Virus record (IMG/VR): IMGVR_UViG_2687453124_000003
Length of the DNA: 64,000 bases
Source: an uncultured virus (IMG/VR IMGVR_UViG_2687453124_000003)
Lineage: Duplodnaviria > Heunggongvirae > Uroviricota > Caudoviricetes
Reading direction: 5' to 3' (one strand)
The position numbers were made by a program, and so were the translations under genes. Shown here in pieces: positions 38,033 to 47,654 of the stretch; within the stretch, counting starts at the first letter, position 1; each line of letters starts with the position of its first letter. The notes under the pieces were generated by a model that saw only the letters and a program-made list of their open reading frames with translations, made no database searches and was not told the DNA's origin.

Positions 38033-38306
38033 TCGTGCTGACGAAGGTCCTCCCAGTGAACTCGATGTCGTCAAACTACGACGCGAGCTCCGCGCCAAAG
38101 ATGAACGTGATGAAGCCCTGGCATACGCCGATTGTCGCGATGTGACTCTGCCCGCCGGGAGCATCGGAACGGTGCTCGTGATTACCGAGTTGCCCGGTAA
38201 ACCTACCGGATACCTAGTCGAGTTCTCTGACGATGAAGGCGCAGCCATCGCGATGCCTTGGCTGACTGCCGATGACTTCGAGGTCGTCAAGCCACACCGT
38301 AAGTAG
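38019..38306 (+). CDS. DUF4926-like protein
   Basis: ELDVVKL, LPAGSIGTV, YLVEFSD..G. Confidence 0.65.
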   Translation: MGAVDRADEGPPSELDVVKLRRELRAKDERDEALAYADCRDVTLPAGSIGTVLVITELPGKPTGYLVEFSDDEGAAIAMPWLTADDFEVVKPHRK

Positions 38307-38311
38307 CGGAC

Positions 38312-39229
38312 CTACATGCTGGGTAGCCCGGGCCAGCCAGGAATCGCTTTCTCAGCCTTCGGCTTGGTAACTGTCCACTGCGCTTTAGCTTTTCGAGCAT
38401 CGGGACCATCGGGCATCGAGTCGCTGCACTGCTGGCGGCGGCGGCCAAACTCCGAAAAACTCTCCGAGTGATCGCTGCCGGCCAGATCCGGGTGAGATTC
38501 CCAGCCGCTGTCTGGATCGGCACCGCGGATCCGCCATGGCGTGAACACGTTTTGTGCCGGCTGCGAAGCATCACCTTCCTGATCGCGGGCCGTTACTGCC
38601 CCTTCGGCGTCGCTGATCTCGACGTGCCAGAGCCGAATGTCTTTGAGAGGCTCACTGGGTTGTCCTTCCCAGCCGGGCAGGGTCGTCACCGGGCTGTATC
38701 TATCGCCGTCATCACGAAACATCTTGTACAACCCATCGCACACGTAGGCCTGCCATCCTCCGGGAACTTTCTTCAACGACTGGATGTGAAGTAACTCATT
38801 GCCGTAGAAGCGTTTTGAGGTGTATCGCTGTTGATCACTTCGATAGATATCGCCGTAGGATTCGTCCAATGTCGGCCGTGTGCTGGTCAGCATGTACGGC
38901 GGGACCTCGCGGGGCTGTATGAAATTTTCGTAGGTGAGCTCTTGGTTCTCCGGAACTGCCGCCTCAAATCCCGGGTATGCCGCGCCCATGTTCGACTCCA
39001 TCAGCACAACGCGCCAGGACTCCACATACGCACGTAACGGCACCGCGGGCCCGGACGCAAGGTCTATCCCCGGCTCGGCTGTCCACCGGAATTGGAAATC
39101 GGCCAGATTCGCCCGCCAGTCCAACGGTGTATCGGGTAGCTGTCCGGGGGTTCGCCACAGCGGCACGCTCCCCACCAGAGCGGCGGCCAGCAGCGCAGCT
39201 GCCGCACCTCCAAACACCGTCCTGATCAT
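38312..39229 (-). CDS. Secreted/membrane-anchored mycobacterial-type hypothetical protein
   Basis: Signal-like N-terminus; W.AEPGIDL..GPAVPLRAY.ES; C-terminal PGWP. Confidence 0.65.
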   Translation of the reverse strand: MIRTVFGGAAAALLAAALVGSVPLWRTPGQLPDTPLDWRANLADFQFRWTAEPGIDLASGPAVPLRAYVESWRVVLMESNMGAAYPGFEAAVPENQELTYENFIQPREVPPYMLTSTRPTLDESYGDIYRSDQQRYTSKRFYGNELLHIQSLKKVPGGWQAYVCDGLYKMFRDDGDRYSPVTTLPGWEGQPSEPLKDIRLWHVEISDAEGAVTARDQEGDASQPAQNVFTPWRIRGADPDSGWESHPDLAGSDHSESFSEFGRRRQQCSDSMPDGPDARKAKAQWTVTKPKAEKAIPGWPGLPSM

Positions 39230-39522
39230 GCACTCCCCCCTCTACGCATTGGGAATGGCTCCTAATACCTTCCCCCTGCCCGCTCGCGCTGATCCTATCC
39301 TCGCCTGCACGACGCAGACCAGCGCCACTCAGCGCCCGGTCTTCCTCTAGTCGGTGACCAGTCGGAGGTGCCGGCCGTCACGCCCCTCACAACGCGCAAG
39401 CAGCGCGATCGCGTCGTCGCGGAGGCTGCGGCCAACCGGCGACAGCAGGCGTGGATCGCGCGCGGCAAGGCGCCGCGCTGACGCGAGCATTTGCGCCTCC
39501 AGCCAATGTGCGTCCTTGGCAC

Positions 39523-40089
39523 TCACGTCAGCTCCTGCGCTCCGGGATGCCCTTCCCCGGCTTCAGCCTCCTGGTGTAGATCCTTGGCGATCCGGGCAGC
39601 TGCACGTAGACCCATCACGGAGTAGGCGATCACCGACAACCCCCACAGGACCAGCATCGCGTACCGGATTGGGTCGAGGTACTCAGGACCTGGCGTCGGG
39701 ATTATCAGTGCTAGCGCGCCGATGGCGGCATATAGCGCAAACGCCAACCCGCGGGAGGTGCGCAGCCATTGCCGACTTGCGAGGAATGGTCCGGCCAGCA
39801 GCCCGATGCCGAATGCGAAGACGAAGGCGGCCCAGCCGAGCACAGCCGAGAAATCATGAATCATGTCGTAGCTCGACATACCGAAGCGATCACAACCCAC
39901 ACGCCGCGGATCGTCGTACTCAAGTGCGCATAAGAACTCGCTTGTTCGTGTGCGCACTAACCAGCGCAGAGCCATGAACAGCCCGGTCACCGCGCTGAAC
40001 ACCAGCGATGCGATGGCCAGGTCCGACGCGGCGGGATCTCGTCCTTCGCCGCTGGATCCGCTTGGAACAACAATGGGAATCGGAATCAT
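39523..40089 (-). CDS. Multi-pass membrane protein
   Basis: About four hydrophobic segments. Confidence 0.6.
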   Translation of the reverse strand: MIPIPIVVPSGSSGEGRDPAASDLAIASLVFSAVTGLFMALRWLVRTRTSEFLCALEYDDPRRVGCDRFGMSSYDMIHDFSAVLGWAAFVFAFGIGLLAGPFLASRQWLRTSRGLAFALYAAIGALALIIPTPGPEYLDPIRYAMLVLWGLSVIAYSVMGLRAAARIAKDLHQEAEAGEGHPGAQELT

Positions 40090-40493
40090 TGGGTCTGCCT
40101 GCTTTCGTGTTTGGTGTAGATGTATGGGCCAGCGCCAGAATCGACGATCACAGGTATTCCCGCGGCGTCCGCCCGCCTGACGCAGTCCCAGGTACCGCGA
40201 GAATCCGCGTCAGGAAAAGCAAGGCAGACGTCGGCACCAAGGTCGACCATCTCTTGGTTTCGCAAAGGGCCAGCGGCTTTACCGTGTACTTGCCACGCCG
40301 CTGGATGAGGTTCGACCACGAACCCAAGCCTGTCGCCAATCGCGGCTGCGATGATGTCCGCCCCGCCATAGGGGCATGCACCATGCACCACCGTCACCGT
40401 TCTCGGGTGGAGATCGGCTGCAGTTTCGCGGAGGGCGGTTTCGATTGTGGCCTGATCTTTCCAGCGGCGACTGCCGGTAATCAGAATGCGCAT
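40086..40493 (-). CDS. DUF2493 / YspA-like SLOG-family protein
   Basis: ILITGSR, VVHGA..GAD, HPA.W..HGKAAGP.RN..M, SRGT..C. Confidence 0.85.
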   Translation of the reverse strand: MRILITGSRRWKDQATIETALRETAADLHPRTVTVVHGACPYGGADIIAAAIGDRLGFVVEPHPAAWQVHGKAAGPLRNQEMVDLGADVCLAFPDADSRGTWDCVRRADAAGIPVIVDSGAGPYIYTKHESRQTQ

Positions 40494-40790
40494 CAGCTCT
40501 TTCCTGCAATCGCTTTGGCCCGGATAGGCTCACCGTCGTCCGGCTCGGTCACGGCGCGACACAGCAGCTCTTTGAGCACCGAGTCTGCGACGCCATCGAG
40601 AACCATTCGCACCACGAAATCAACGTCACCATGGTCGGCGCCGCAGTTCTTCTTGTGACACTCAGGAAACCGCCATTGCACATCCGCGCGGCTTAGCGCG
40701 GTCGCATAGATGGCCTGCCGAACGCGTGGCCACAACGCCATATCGCCCACGAGTGGTGGAGTTTTGACCGCCCCGCTGTCGACGCCGCCG
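40493..40790 (-). CDS. Hypothetical protein
   Basis: Distal part of ORF 40493..40999; start approximate. Confidence 0.35.
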
Positions 40791-40791
40791 G

Positions 40792-41142
40792 TCATGCTGT
40801 GTCCGCTGTGGATTCGCACACTCTGGCCACGCGACGAAGGCCACTGCGGGTCCGGTGTTGTATCACAACTTCGAACGTGAGAAAGAGGGTGCCGATAAAA
40901 CTTGCCGCTAGTGGCGGAAGTGCCGTACAGGTAAAGGCCAGAAGGCCTATTTCGAGTACAAAGATGCCCGCCTGATTGGCCGCACCGATGCGGCGCCACC
41001 GTCGATAGTCCTGAGCTCCGGCGTCATTAGCTATCTGCGAAAGCGCGAGCGTCGCGCGCTCTCGTGGAGTGAGTCGGAATAGAGAAACCGCCACCGCGCC
41101 GTCCATGAAAGGCACGAGGCGTGACCGGACGCGGACGCTCAC
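40792..41142 (-). CDS. Small membrane protein
   Basis: Two hydrophobic segments; 4-bp overlap upstream. Confidence 0.45.
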   Translation of the reverse strand: MSVRVRSRLVPFMDGAVAVSLFRLTPRERATLALSQIANDAGAQDYRRWRRIGAANQAGIFVLEIGLLAFTCTALPPLAASFIGTLFLTFEVVIQHRTRSGLRRVARVCESTADTA

Positions 41143-41483
41143 CTGTCATCACCAGCGACCGGCTGCTTATCGTTCCAATCACAGTCGGCAGCAACGCCGT
41201 TCACATGGTTGTAGCGGGGGTCGCCGTCATAGGCGTGCTCGTAACACAGCACCTTCTCCTTGCCACCAGGAAGAAGCATCCAGTAGGTGCTGAACCCGCC
41301 ATCGACATTGGGGGTTTTCGTCTGTGGCGCCGGGGCCGGAATCGGCCTCGTCGTTGGTGTGGCAGGGCTCTCGAACCCGGGAAGCAGGGTGTCCGTACTG
41401 CACCCCACCACTGACCCAGCCACGCCACCGAAGATCAGCGATGCCGCCACGATGCGGGGGACCAGGCGGCGGGTCACTGGCAT
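41139..41483 (-). CDS. Putative lipoprotein
   Basis: Signal peptide ending VVGC. Confidence 0.55.
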   Translation of the reverse strand: MPVTRRLVPRIVAASLIFGGVAGSVVGCSTDTLLPGFESPATPTTRPIPAPAPQTKTPNVDGGFSTYWMLLPGGKEKVLCYEHAYDGDPRYNHVNGVAADCDWNDKQPVAGDDR

Positions 41484-41589
41484 ATCCCGGCAATCAAAAC
41501 AGCAGCGATCGCCACGACGATGGCGATGAGCACCGCTGCCGCAGGCCAGCCATGCAAGCTCTGCAACGGTGTGTTGAAGTCCATGTTCC

Positions 41590-41907
41590 TCAGCCCTTCT
41601 CGCTGCGTGGTTCGGACCCCAGACTCAGCAGCGAGGTGAGGTTGAGATCGCGCTGAATGTTCCCGCCCGTCACGGTGTCGACGACGAGCAAGGTCCCGGT
41701 CACGATGATGGCGATCAGGGCGACGTGCAGGAGCTTTCTCACGATGCCGCTGACAGCAGTGACCACGGCGACAACAACGGCCACCGACGCGGTCGGCCAG
41801 TGATTCATGCCAGGCACAAGGGTTGTAGCGGTACCGCCGACACCCGTCGTCAACGCTCCCGCCAACGCCATGCGGCGAAAAGCTGCCGTTCTGAACATGA
41901 CTACCAC
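41590..41907 (-). CDS. Small membrane protein
   Basis: Hydrophobic helices; directly downstream of operator copy 5. Confidence 0.55.
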   Translation of the reverse strand: MVVMFRTAAFRRMALAGALTTGVGGTATTLVPGMNHWPTASVAVVVAVVTAVSGIVRKLLHVALIAIIVTGTLLVVDTVTGGNIQRDLNLTSLLSLGSEPRSEKG

Positions 41908-41916
41908 CTATTCCAA

Positions 41917-41935
41917 GTTCTCTAAAATGGAGAAT
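41917..41935. promoter_or_regulatory. 19-bp palindromic operator, copy 5 (minus strand ATTCTCCATTTTAGAGAAC)
   Basis: GTTCTCTAAAATGGAGAAT on the plus strand, intergenic. Confidence 0.75.
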
Positions 41936-41938
41936 AGA

Positions 41939-42238
41939 TCAGTTGCGTTGCGTAGACAACACTCGGCGCGCGACACGCGCAAACATGGCAGGACACGTTG
42001 CCCCCTCCCCTCTCATCGACTCCCGAGAGCCGCCGGTCACGTCCCCGACAAGTTGCCTGGCTCGCGTTCGAAGCTCATGGGCCTCAGCATGTTTACCCAT
42101 CCCCTCCAACTTCTTGGCACGGGTCAAGAAGACATCCGCAGCGATTCGATCGGGGGTTCTCGCAGCAGGGTCGACAGAGCGCTTCACAGCGGCAACACCT
42201 TTCTGCCCGCGCGATTTGAGGCCGGGCAATGGGGACAC
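41939..42238 (-). CDS. Hypothetical protein
   Basis: 99-aa ORF. Confidence 0.4.
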   Translation of the reverse strand: MSPLPGLKSRGQKGVAAVKRSVDPAARTPDRIAADVFLTRAKKLEGMGKHAEAHELRTRARQLVGDVTGGSRESMRGEGATCPAMFARVARRVLSTQRN

Positions 42239-42306
42239 AGACCTATGACATGAACAAGGCCGGAGACGGGGGCGCTTCCTGCACCCGCCTCCGGCCTTCC
42301 GGTAGC

Positions 42307-42873
42307 TCAGTCGAACAGGTTTCTCATGTCCCCGATCACTTCGGAGTCGAAGGGATTGGCACCCGCCTTGGCATATTTCTCAGCAGCTGCAGCCCTTTCA
42401 GAGTCTGCCTTCGCGGTGTACCGGCGCGCCGCTTCTGCGTTGGTGCGCTCTTCCTCCTGCAGCGCGGCTTCGCTGGCGGTCGTGGGGATTTCGAACTCGA
42501 CATGGGCATCGACTCGTTCTCCGAAAAATCCCTCGGCCAACGCGGACAGTCGCGGGTCGTCCGGTTCAGCGTCGGTGAGATAGGCGATCACCGTGGAGAA
42601 CACCATCGGTGTCTGATTCACGCCGCTCTCGTCGGGCTCAATCTCCTGCATGATGCGGATGCGGCCATGCGTGATCGTTGGGCGAATACCGATTCCCAGA
42701 CGGTCCAGCTCATCGCGTACGTCAGCTGCGAGCTCATCAGTTTGTTTGGCGAGGTCGTACTCGTGAGCGCGCAGGATGTCGAACAGCGCAGCTGTGAAGT
42801 ACACCGCCAACGTCGGGGCTCCCGTATCGGCATTGATCGGCCGGAGGTAGGTAGTGCTATCGAGGGCAGTCAT
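42307..42873 (-). CDS. Hypothetical protein
   Basis: 188-aa acidic ORF with AAAGG RBS. Confidence 0.6.
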   Translation of the reverse strand: MTALDSTTYLRPINADTGAPTLAVYFTAALFDILRAHEYDLAKQTDELAADVRDELDRLGIGIRPTITHGRIRIMQEIEPDESGVNQTPMVFSTVIAYLTDAEPDDPRLSALAEGFFGERVDAHVEFEIPTTASEAALQEEERTNAEAARRYTAKADSERAAAAEKYAKAGANPFDSEVIGDMRNLFD

Positions 42874-42963
42874 GATTCAAAGTGCCTTTCATTGGCAGTG
42901 ATATTCATGCGAGATGCTAGGTCTAATGCGTGGTGCATGCGGAGCGCAACACCTATGACGACA

Positions 42964-42997
42964 GAAGACCCGCACCCAGTTGCGAGTGCGGGTCTTC
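42964..42997 (-). terminator. Hairpin terminator
   Basis: GAAGACCCGCAC / GTGCGGGTCTTC 12-bp stem downstream of the gene ending at 43025. Confidence 0.7.
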
Positions 42998-43024
42998 ATA
43001 TGCCGTCACACAGCGGTTCGCCGA

Positions 43025-43675
43025 TTAGGCGGCGGACGTCGTCCACCACTGGAATTGGCTGATGGCGGCTTCACGAAGGAAGCCGATCACCTGCTCGACG
43101 CTGTATCCAACGGCGGCGTATCCCGAGTTCTGATCGTCCAGCGCTCGCAGAACCTTCGCGTCGTTGTCATTGTTGGTAGGGACCTTGATCGCGACACCGG
43201 TAACCGCCTGTTCGCCGCGCTGGAAGCAGGTCACCAGTTCATTGCGGATGTTCTTCTGCATGATCGTGATGTTCTTGGCCTCCGTGAACTGACCGGTGGC
43301 CGGATCAAGCACGATGTAGTCGACGGTCGGAGCCATGACCTGCTCCTTCTCGTACTTGCTGGTGCGCTGAGCGATGCCCAGAAGCCGGAAAAGGATCGGC
43401 TTGTTGAAGTGCTCTTCCGGAATTCCGCCTCCGCCACTATTCGGGATAACGCCGATATTGGGTGCGACAGAACTGACGCCCGCGTAACCCGCCGGCAGAC
43501 CGACAGGAGCGGCGGTCGGCACGGCTGCAGCTGCCACAGGCGCCGCAGCGACGGGGGCAGCGGCAGGAACAGCGGCCGGTGCTGGAGCTGCGGCCACCGG
43601 GGCGGCTGCCACTGGAGCGGGGGCTGCTGGAGCGGCTGCCACAGGAACAGCGGCAGGAGCGATAGGAGCGGTCAT
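43025..43675 (-). CDS. Ala/Pro-rich N-terminus plus beta-rich domain (possible phage-type ssDNA-binding protein)
   Basis: PVAAAPA repeats then a globular domain; AGAGG RBS; function is a guess. Confidence 0.55.
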   Translation of the reverse strand: MTAPIAPAAVPVAAAPAAPAPVAAAPVAAAPAPAAVPAAAPVAAAPVAAAAVPTAAPVGLPAGYAGVSSVAPNIGVIPNSGGGGIPEEHFNKPILFRLLGIAQRTSKYEKEQVMAPTVDYIVLDPATGQFTEAKNITIMQKNIRNELVTCFQRGEQAVTGVAIKVPTNNDNDAKVLRALDDQNSGYAAVGYSVEQVIGFLREAAISQFQWWTTSAA

Positions 43676-44078
43676 GGTAGTGCCTCTTTTCTGGTGCTGT
43701 TGAGTTGCTGTTGCTGATCTATGCCGGTGTGGATGCATCGTCGACGGGCTTCCCTACCTGTCGAAGATGCATGCATCCGTGCCGACTGCCTAACTATTTA
43801 CACCCCATGACAGACAAGCAACTGAGACGGCAAATGCCGGTTTTCTCGGCGTGTCGCGGCTTCAGTAATGCCCCTTACACCGCGCGAAGACCGCTGTGAT
43901 GTAGGGGTCGTTGACGTAACGCACGCGGTTGTCATCGGCCTGGCTGTGCGCCGTTTCAGGATCAGACAATGTCAGCTCGTACAACTGGTGAAGCCTCTGC
44001 AGCCGTTGCGGTTTGGTCGCAGGTGACACGTGCGCCGTCTATGCGCATCGGCGACCGTAGCCTTGCTCAGCGCGGCAC

Positions 44079-44732
44079 CTACACCAGGAATCGGTATACG
44101 TGCCCTGGCCGGCCGGTTGGCGCTGGCTTACGCAGCTCCTCGGTTCGGCGGTATAGCGGTGAGCGGTCCAGCCGCTTACGGGCTGCGCCCGCGGTTGTCG
44201 GGCCGCAGACACCGAGCAGCGCGCGAACTTGGGCGAGGGTGGTCTCGTCGCCGAGCATGGCGCGTGTGGTGTCCGGGTCGACCAACAGGCGCTCCCCCAG
44301 GCGCAAGATGGCCGACCGTGCGATCGCCGTGTGGCCGAATGGCATTGCCTCCGGCATCTGGGTCACTGGCACAGCGCCCCTGACCTCGGCGGGGACACGG
44401 GCCACCACGACGATAGATACGGTGTGTCCGCGTTCGTCGCGGTCCGGGTCGCTGACGACGTCGACGACAGCGATGCCGCCGGTCACCTCAGTGCCGGCTT
44501 TGTCTCGCACGATGCGCTGCGCGCACTGCTCGACGGTCTCCCCCTCCCAGGCGGCCAGCAGCCCACCAGGCAAGGTGATTTCACCTTTGTGCGGTGCACC
44601 GGCACGTTCGATCAACACGATCTTCGGCTCAGGGTCATCGGTGAGTGCAACGACGTCCACGCTGAGCCAGGTGCCGTGCACCGGATGATCTCCTGCGCGT
44701 ACGGCCAGGTTCGATTCGGTCATCGATCTCAT
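44079..44732 (-). CDS. nrtR: NrtR-family Nudix/wHTH transcriptional regulator
   Basis: SVDVV, LPGG, degenerate Nudix box, DPDRD.RG..VS, MPFGH, C-terminal TGRPGHVYRF. Confidence 0.75.
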   Translation of the reverse strand: MRSMTESNLAVRAGDHPVHGTWLSVDVVALTDDPEPKIVLIERAGAPHKGEITLPGGLLAAWEGETVEQCAQRIVRDKAGTEVTGGIAVVDVVSDPDRDERGHTVSIVVVARVPAEVRGAVPVTQMPEAMPFGHTAIARSAILRLGERLLVDPDTTRAMLGDETTLAQVRALLGVCGPTTAGAARKRLDRSPLYRRTEELRKPAPTGRPGHVYRFLV

Positions 44733-46303
44733 GGCTGCTGCCTCCTCGAGTGGCTGTAACGCTGATAGACACCGGTCTCACGGGTCAACGTTTCGCGCAC
44801 TTCGGTGAAGCTGTATTGCCGCAACAGCTTTCCATCCTCGAACACCAGCTTCAGTTCGTTGTCGGCTTCCTGATCGGCATCGGCGTGTTCGATCAGGTAC
44901 GGCTCGCCGCTCATCGCGCGTCGCACCGCCAATCGTCCGGTAGCCGACTTCTTGGATCCGTCATCGGTGACCGGGTCTTTGAGGATGTCGTGGCCGACAC
45001 CGTCGATCTGAACCCATGTCGCCTTGACGGCCAGCTTGAAAACGTCGCGTGTTTGGTATTGGTAGGTGTAGGAACCGAAGCCGAAAACCACAGTGGTGGA
45101 GGCATAGCCCTGCACCATCAGGTTCCGCGTGATCGCGTCAGCGCGCTCAAAGGTGATCGAATCCCCATAGATCGCGCCGATGTGAGGCTCCAGCTCGCGG
45201 TACCCCTTTGCGTTGGTCACGGTGCCGAACGTCTCGGCTAGCAGGTTCACCACGCCCTTGCGAGCCGGACTACCTTCGGGCGCAGCTGGATCTCCGCACA
45301 GGATCAGCTCAGGGTCACCGCTGTCGGGCCGGATCACGAGCTTGCCGTCGCGGGCCATGATCTGTTCCTTGCGCGCGGGCAGGTACTCGGTGAGCACCCG
45401 CCACAGATCCCAGGTGTCGGAGACGACCGACAGGATTCCTTCGGGATACAGGCTCAGCAGCCGATCGAAGGTCGCCAGCTCGCCGTCCTGTCCGCCGGCA
45501 CACATCACCGAGTGCTCGGTCGCCGGAACCGATGCGCCGATCAACGCTTCGCCGTTGCCGGGATAGAACCGTTCGATGAACCGGATCGCGGGCAATCCGT
45601 CGGTGCCCGTGAAGCTGATCAGGTGGCCCGCACCTGACGCGGCCGCCGCTGCGTCTCCAGCCATGCCCCGGTAGGAGAAGTCATGGCCCTGGAACTGCAC
45701 CGCGGTTTCATCGCCAGACTCAGCAGCGCGCTCGTCGAGCAGCTTGCGGTTGTTCCAGGCGATGGTGGCACTGGTGATCGGCTGCCACAGCTCAGCCGAC
45801 AACTGCGTCTCGAAGTAGTTGGTCAGCCAGAAGAACCGGGAATCGGTGTTCTCCACGGTTAGATACGGAACCCGCAAAGGTACTAGCGATCCTTCCCGCA
45901 CCGCCCGCACACGCAGTGGCAGGTAGCCCAACGTGTGTAGGTCGCGGAAGTGCTGAACGCCAACCGTGTTCGGTCCCAACAGCGCGGTCACAAACCGCTC
46001 ATATCCGGCCAGCACCGGTTCGAGTTCGTCGGCCGTCAGGTCGAAGAACACCTGCCAGTCTTGTGTCAGCCGTTGCAGATACGCCTGCAGCCCGAAGAAG
46101 ACCGTCGCATTGATACCTGGCACCCGTGTACCCCGCGCGGTGAGGTTGGAGTACACGAACTCGGTTCCGTCCGGGTACTGGCGCCGGTGGTCGAGCTTAT
46201 AGGCATCGGTGGCCAGCAGCGTGTCCAGCGCACGGTTCTGCTTGTCGTTCATCGGTTCCCCCTGTGTGTTGGTGTTGTCGGCGGTCCTGGCCTGCGTGTT
46301 CAT
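44729..46303 (-). CDS. nadV: Nicotinamide phosphoribosyltransferase family (NadV/NAMPT or Namat)
   Basis: [59 protein letters not shown]; 4-bp overlaps on both sides. Confidence 0.9.
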   Translation of the reverse strand: MNTQARTADNTNTQGEPMNDKQNRALDTLLATDAYKLDHRRQYPDGTEFVYSNLTARGTRVPGINATVFFGLQAYLQRLTQDWQVFFDLTADELEPVLAGYERFVTALLGPNTVGVQHFRDLHTLGYLPLRVRAVREGSLVPLRVPYLTVENTDSRFFWLTNYFETQLSAELWQPITSATIAWNNRKLLDERAAESGDETAVQFQGHDFSYRGMAGDAAAAASGAGHLISFTGTDGLPAIRFIERFYPGNGEALIGASVPATEHSVMCAGGQDGELATFDRLLSLYPEGILSVVSDTWDLWRVLTEYLPARKEQIMARDGKLVIRPDSGDPELILCGDPAAPEGSPARKGVVNLLAETFGTVTNAKGYRELEPHIGAIYGDSITFERADAITRNLMVQGYASTTVVFGFGSYTYQYQTRDVFKLAVKATWVQIDGVGHDILKDPVTDDGSKKSATGRLAVRRAMSGEPYLIEHADADQEADNELKLVFEDGKLLRQYSFTEVRETLTRETGVYQRYSHSRRQQP

Positions 46304-46710
46304 CGTTCGTCCTCTGCTATCCATTGACGGGCGATCTCGCAGAGCGCGATCCACACGGCGTCTTTCACACGCTCTTCCCAGCCCAGTTCGTTGAACGGGA
46401 CCATGTCCGGATGTGTCTTCGCAGCTACATCACGCACAGGGCCGTATGTCCACCCCAGCTGCTCGTACGCATGCCACCAACTGTCGTGCGCCTGTTCAGG
46501 CGTCGTATACCGGTCGGGGCCCATCATCTTCTCGGTGATTTCCAGGAACTGCGCCCGGAAATGCTCCTCGCGCGCCGACCAGGGCTCCGGTACGACGGGC
46601 GCATTCACCGCGGCGGCCTGTAGCCGTGCGGCCTCGTAGACGAAGATGGCTTGTCGCTCAAGCAGAGTGCCGTTGGTCGGCCATTCGATGGCAGCAAAAT
46701 TCTGAGTCAT
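46300..46710 (-). CDS. RyR-domain protein
   Basis: H..W......GW.YG...D...KTHP.MVPF.EL...E..KD is the RyR repeat signature. Confidence 0.8.
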   Translation of the reverse strand: MTQNFAAIEWPTNGTLLERQAIFVYEAARLQAAAVNAPVVPEPWSAREEHFRAQFLEITEKMMGPDRYTTPEQAHDSWWHAYEQLGWTYGPVRDVAAKTHPDMVPFNELGWEERVKDAVWIALCEIARQWIAEDER

Positions 46711-47594
46711 TTCGGTTCCTCGCTGATGTTGTGCAGGACGTCGAGCACGTAGCGGCCAAGTGGGTGGATCTGTACCGCCGCGCCCTCAGGTGATGTCACG
46801 GCGGCCGCTACTGCCGAGCGCAGCGAGTCGGTGGTGTGGATGCTCCGGTAGTTGTCAGTCAAGACGTCGGTGCCCTTGGTGAACCCGCCGTGGGTGATCC
46901 ACAGATCAAGCTCGAAGCCGGCACCCAGCCCCTGAGCCAGCAGCGCGAACGTTCCACCGCCGTCGCAGATGTCATCGACCACCAAGTACCGGCCCGGTCG
47001 ATCCTTCACCTCAGCGGGGGCGTTGTAGCCCAGAAGTTGTCCGGTGGCGGGATCGCGCTTCTTGTCGGCCACCGACACCGGCAGCTCTAGCTGCGCGGCG
47101 ATTGTGCTCGCGCGCCGCAGCGAGCCAGCATCCGGACCGATCACCCCGAGGTAGTCGCCAGCGTCAACCGCCGCAGCCACGACGTCCGACATGTCGATGA
47201 CATGTACTGCGACCGTGGGGTTGACCGCGCGCAGCGTGTCCAGCCACACCGGTGAGTGCGGGTCGATGGTGATGATGCCGGTGATTCCTGATAGCGCGGC
47301 CAAGCGCGCGTTGGTGTGCGCCGGGCAGGGCGTGTCTTTGTCGCCGCGGGCGCTGGGCAGGAACGGCATCACCAAGATCCGGTGCGGGTGCGCCGCTGTC
47401 AGAGCTGCCCAGTTGAACACGACGGTCCAGTCCGGCGCCGCGGTGTGCACCCAGAGAACCTGCACACCCGGGACGAGATCTGCCCCAACGATGGAGCGCA
47501 CCGTCAGATCACCCATGGGATAGGCGAATACCTCAATCGCTGCTGCGCTGAGCCGTCCCTTGTCATAGGCGAAGAACTCGTAGTCGTTCGTCAT
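46707..47594 (-). CDS. Ribose-phosphate pyrophosphokinase-like protein (Prs/Adps)
   Basis: MPFLP.AR.D, IDPHS, PDAG...[24 protein letters not shown]. Confidence 0.85.
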   Translation of the reverse strand: MTNDYEFFAYDKGRLSAAAIEVFAYPMGDLTVRSIVGADLVPGVQVLWVHTAAPDWTVVFNWAALTAAHPHRILVMPFLPSARGDKDTPCPAHTNARLAALSGITGIITIDPHSPVWLDTLRAVNPTVAVHVIDMSDVVAAAVDAGDYLGVIGPDAGSLRRASTIAAQLELPVSVADKKRDPATGQLLGYNAPAEVKDRPGRYLVVDDICDGGGTFALLAQGLGAGFELDLWITHGGFTKGTDVLTDNYRSIHTTDSLRSAVAAAVTSPEGAAVQIHPLGRYVLDVLHNISEEPK

Positions 47595-47602
47595 AGCAGA
47601 GA

Positions 47603-47645
47603 CCCTACACCACTTTCGTACATTTTGTACGTAAGTGGTGTAGGG
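47603..47645. promoter_or_regulatory. 43-bp palindrome upstream of the Prs-like gene; candidate NrtR operator or hairpin
   Basis: CCCTACACCACTT-T-CGTACA-TTT-TGTACG-T-AAGTGGTGTAGGG. Confidence 0.6.
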
Positions 47646-47654
47646 CTCGGATGA

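Noticed and set aside
43500..43670. Short repeated GC-rich units
   Set aside because: They encode the PVAAAPA tract of the minus-strand protein and are not an independent DNA repeat
44079..44732. Active ADP-ribose pyrophosphatase
   Set aside because: The Nudix box lacks the REUXEE glutamates (reads RIVRDKAG) and there is a C-terminal wHTH, which is the NrtR pattern
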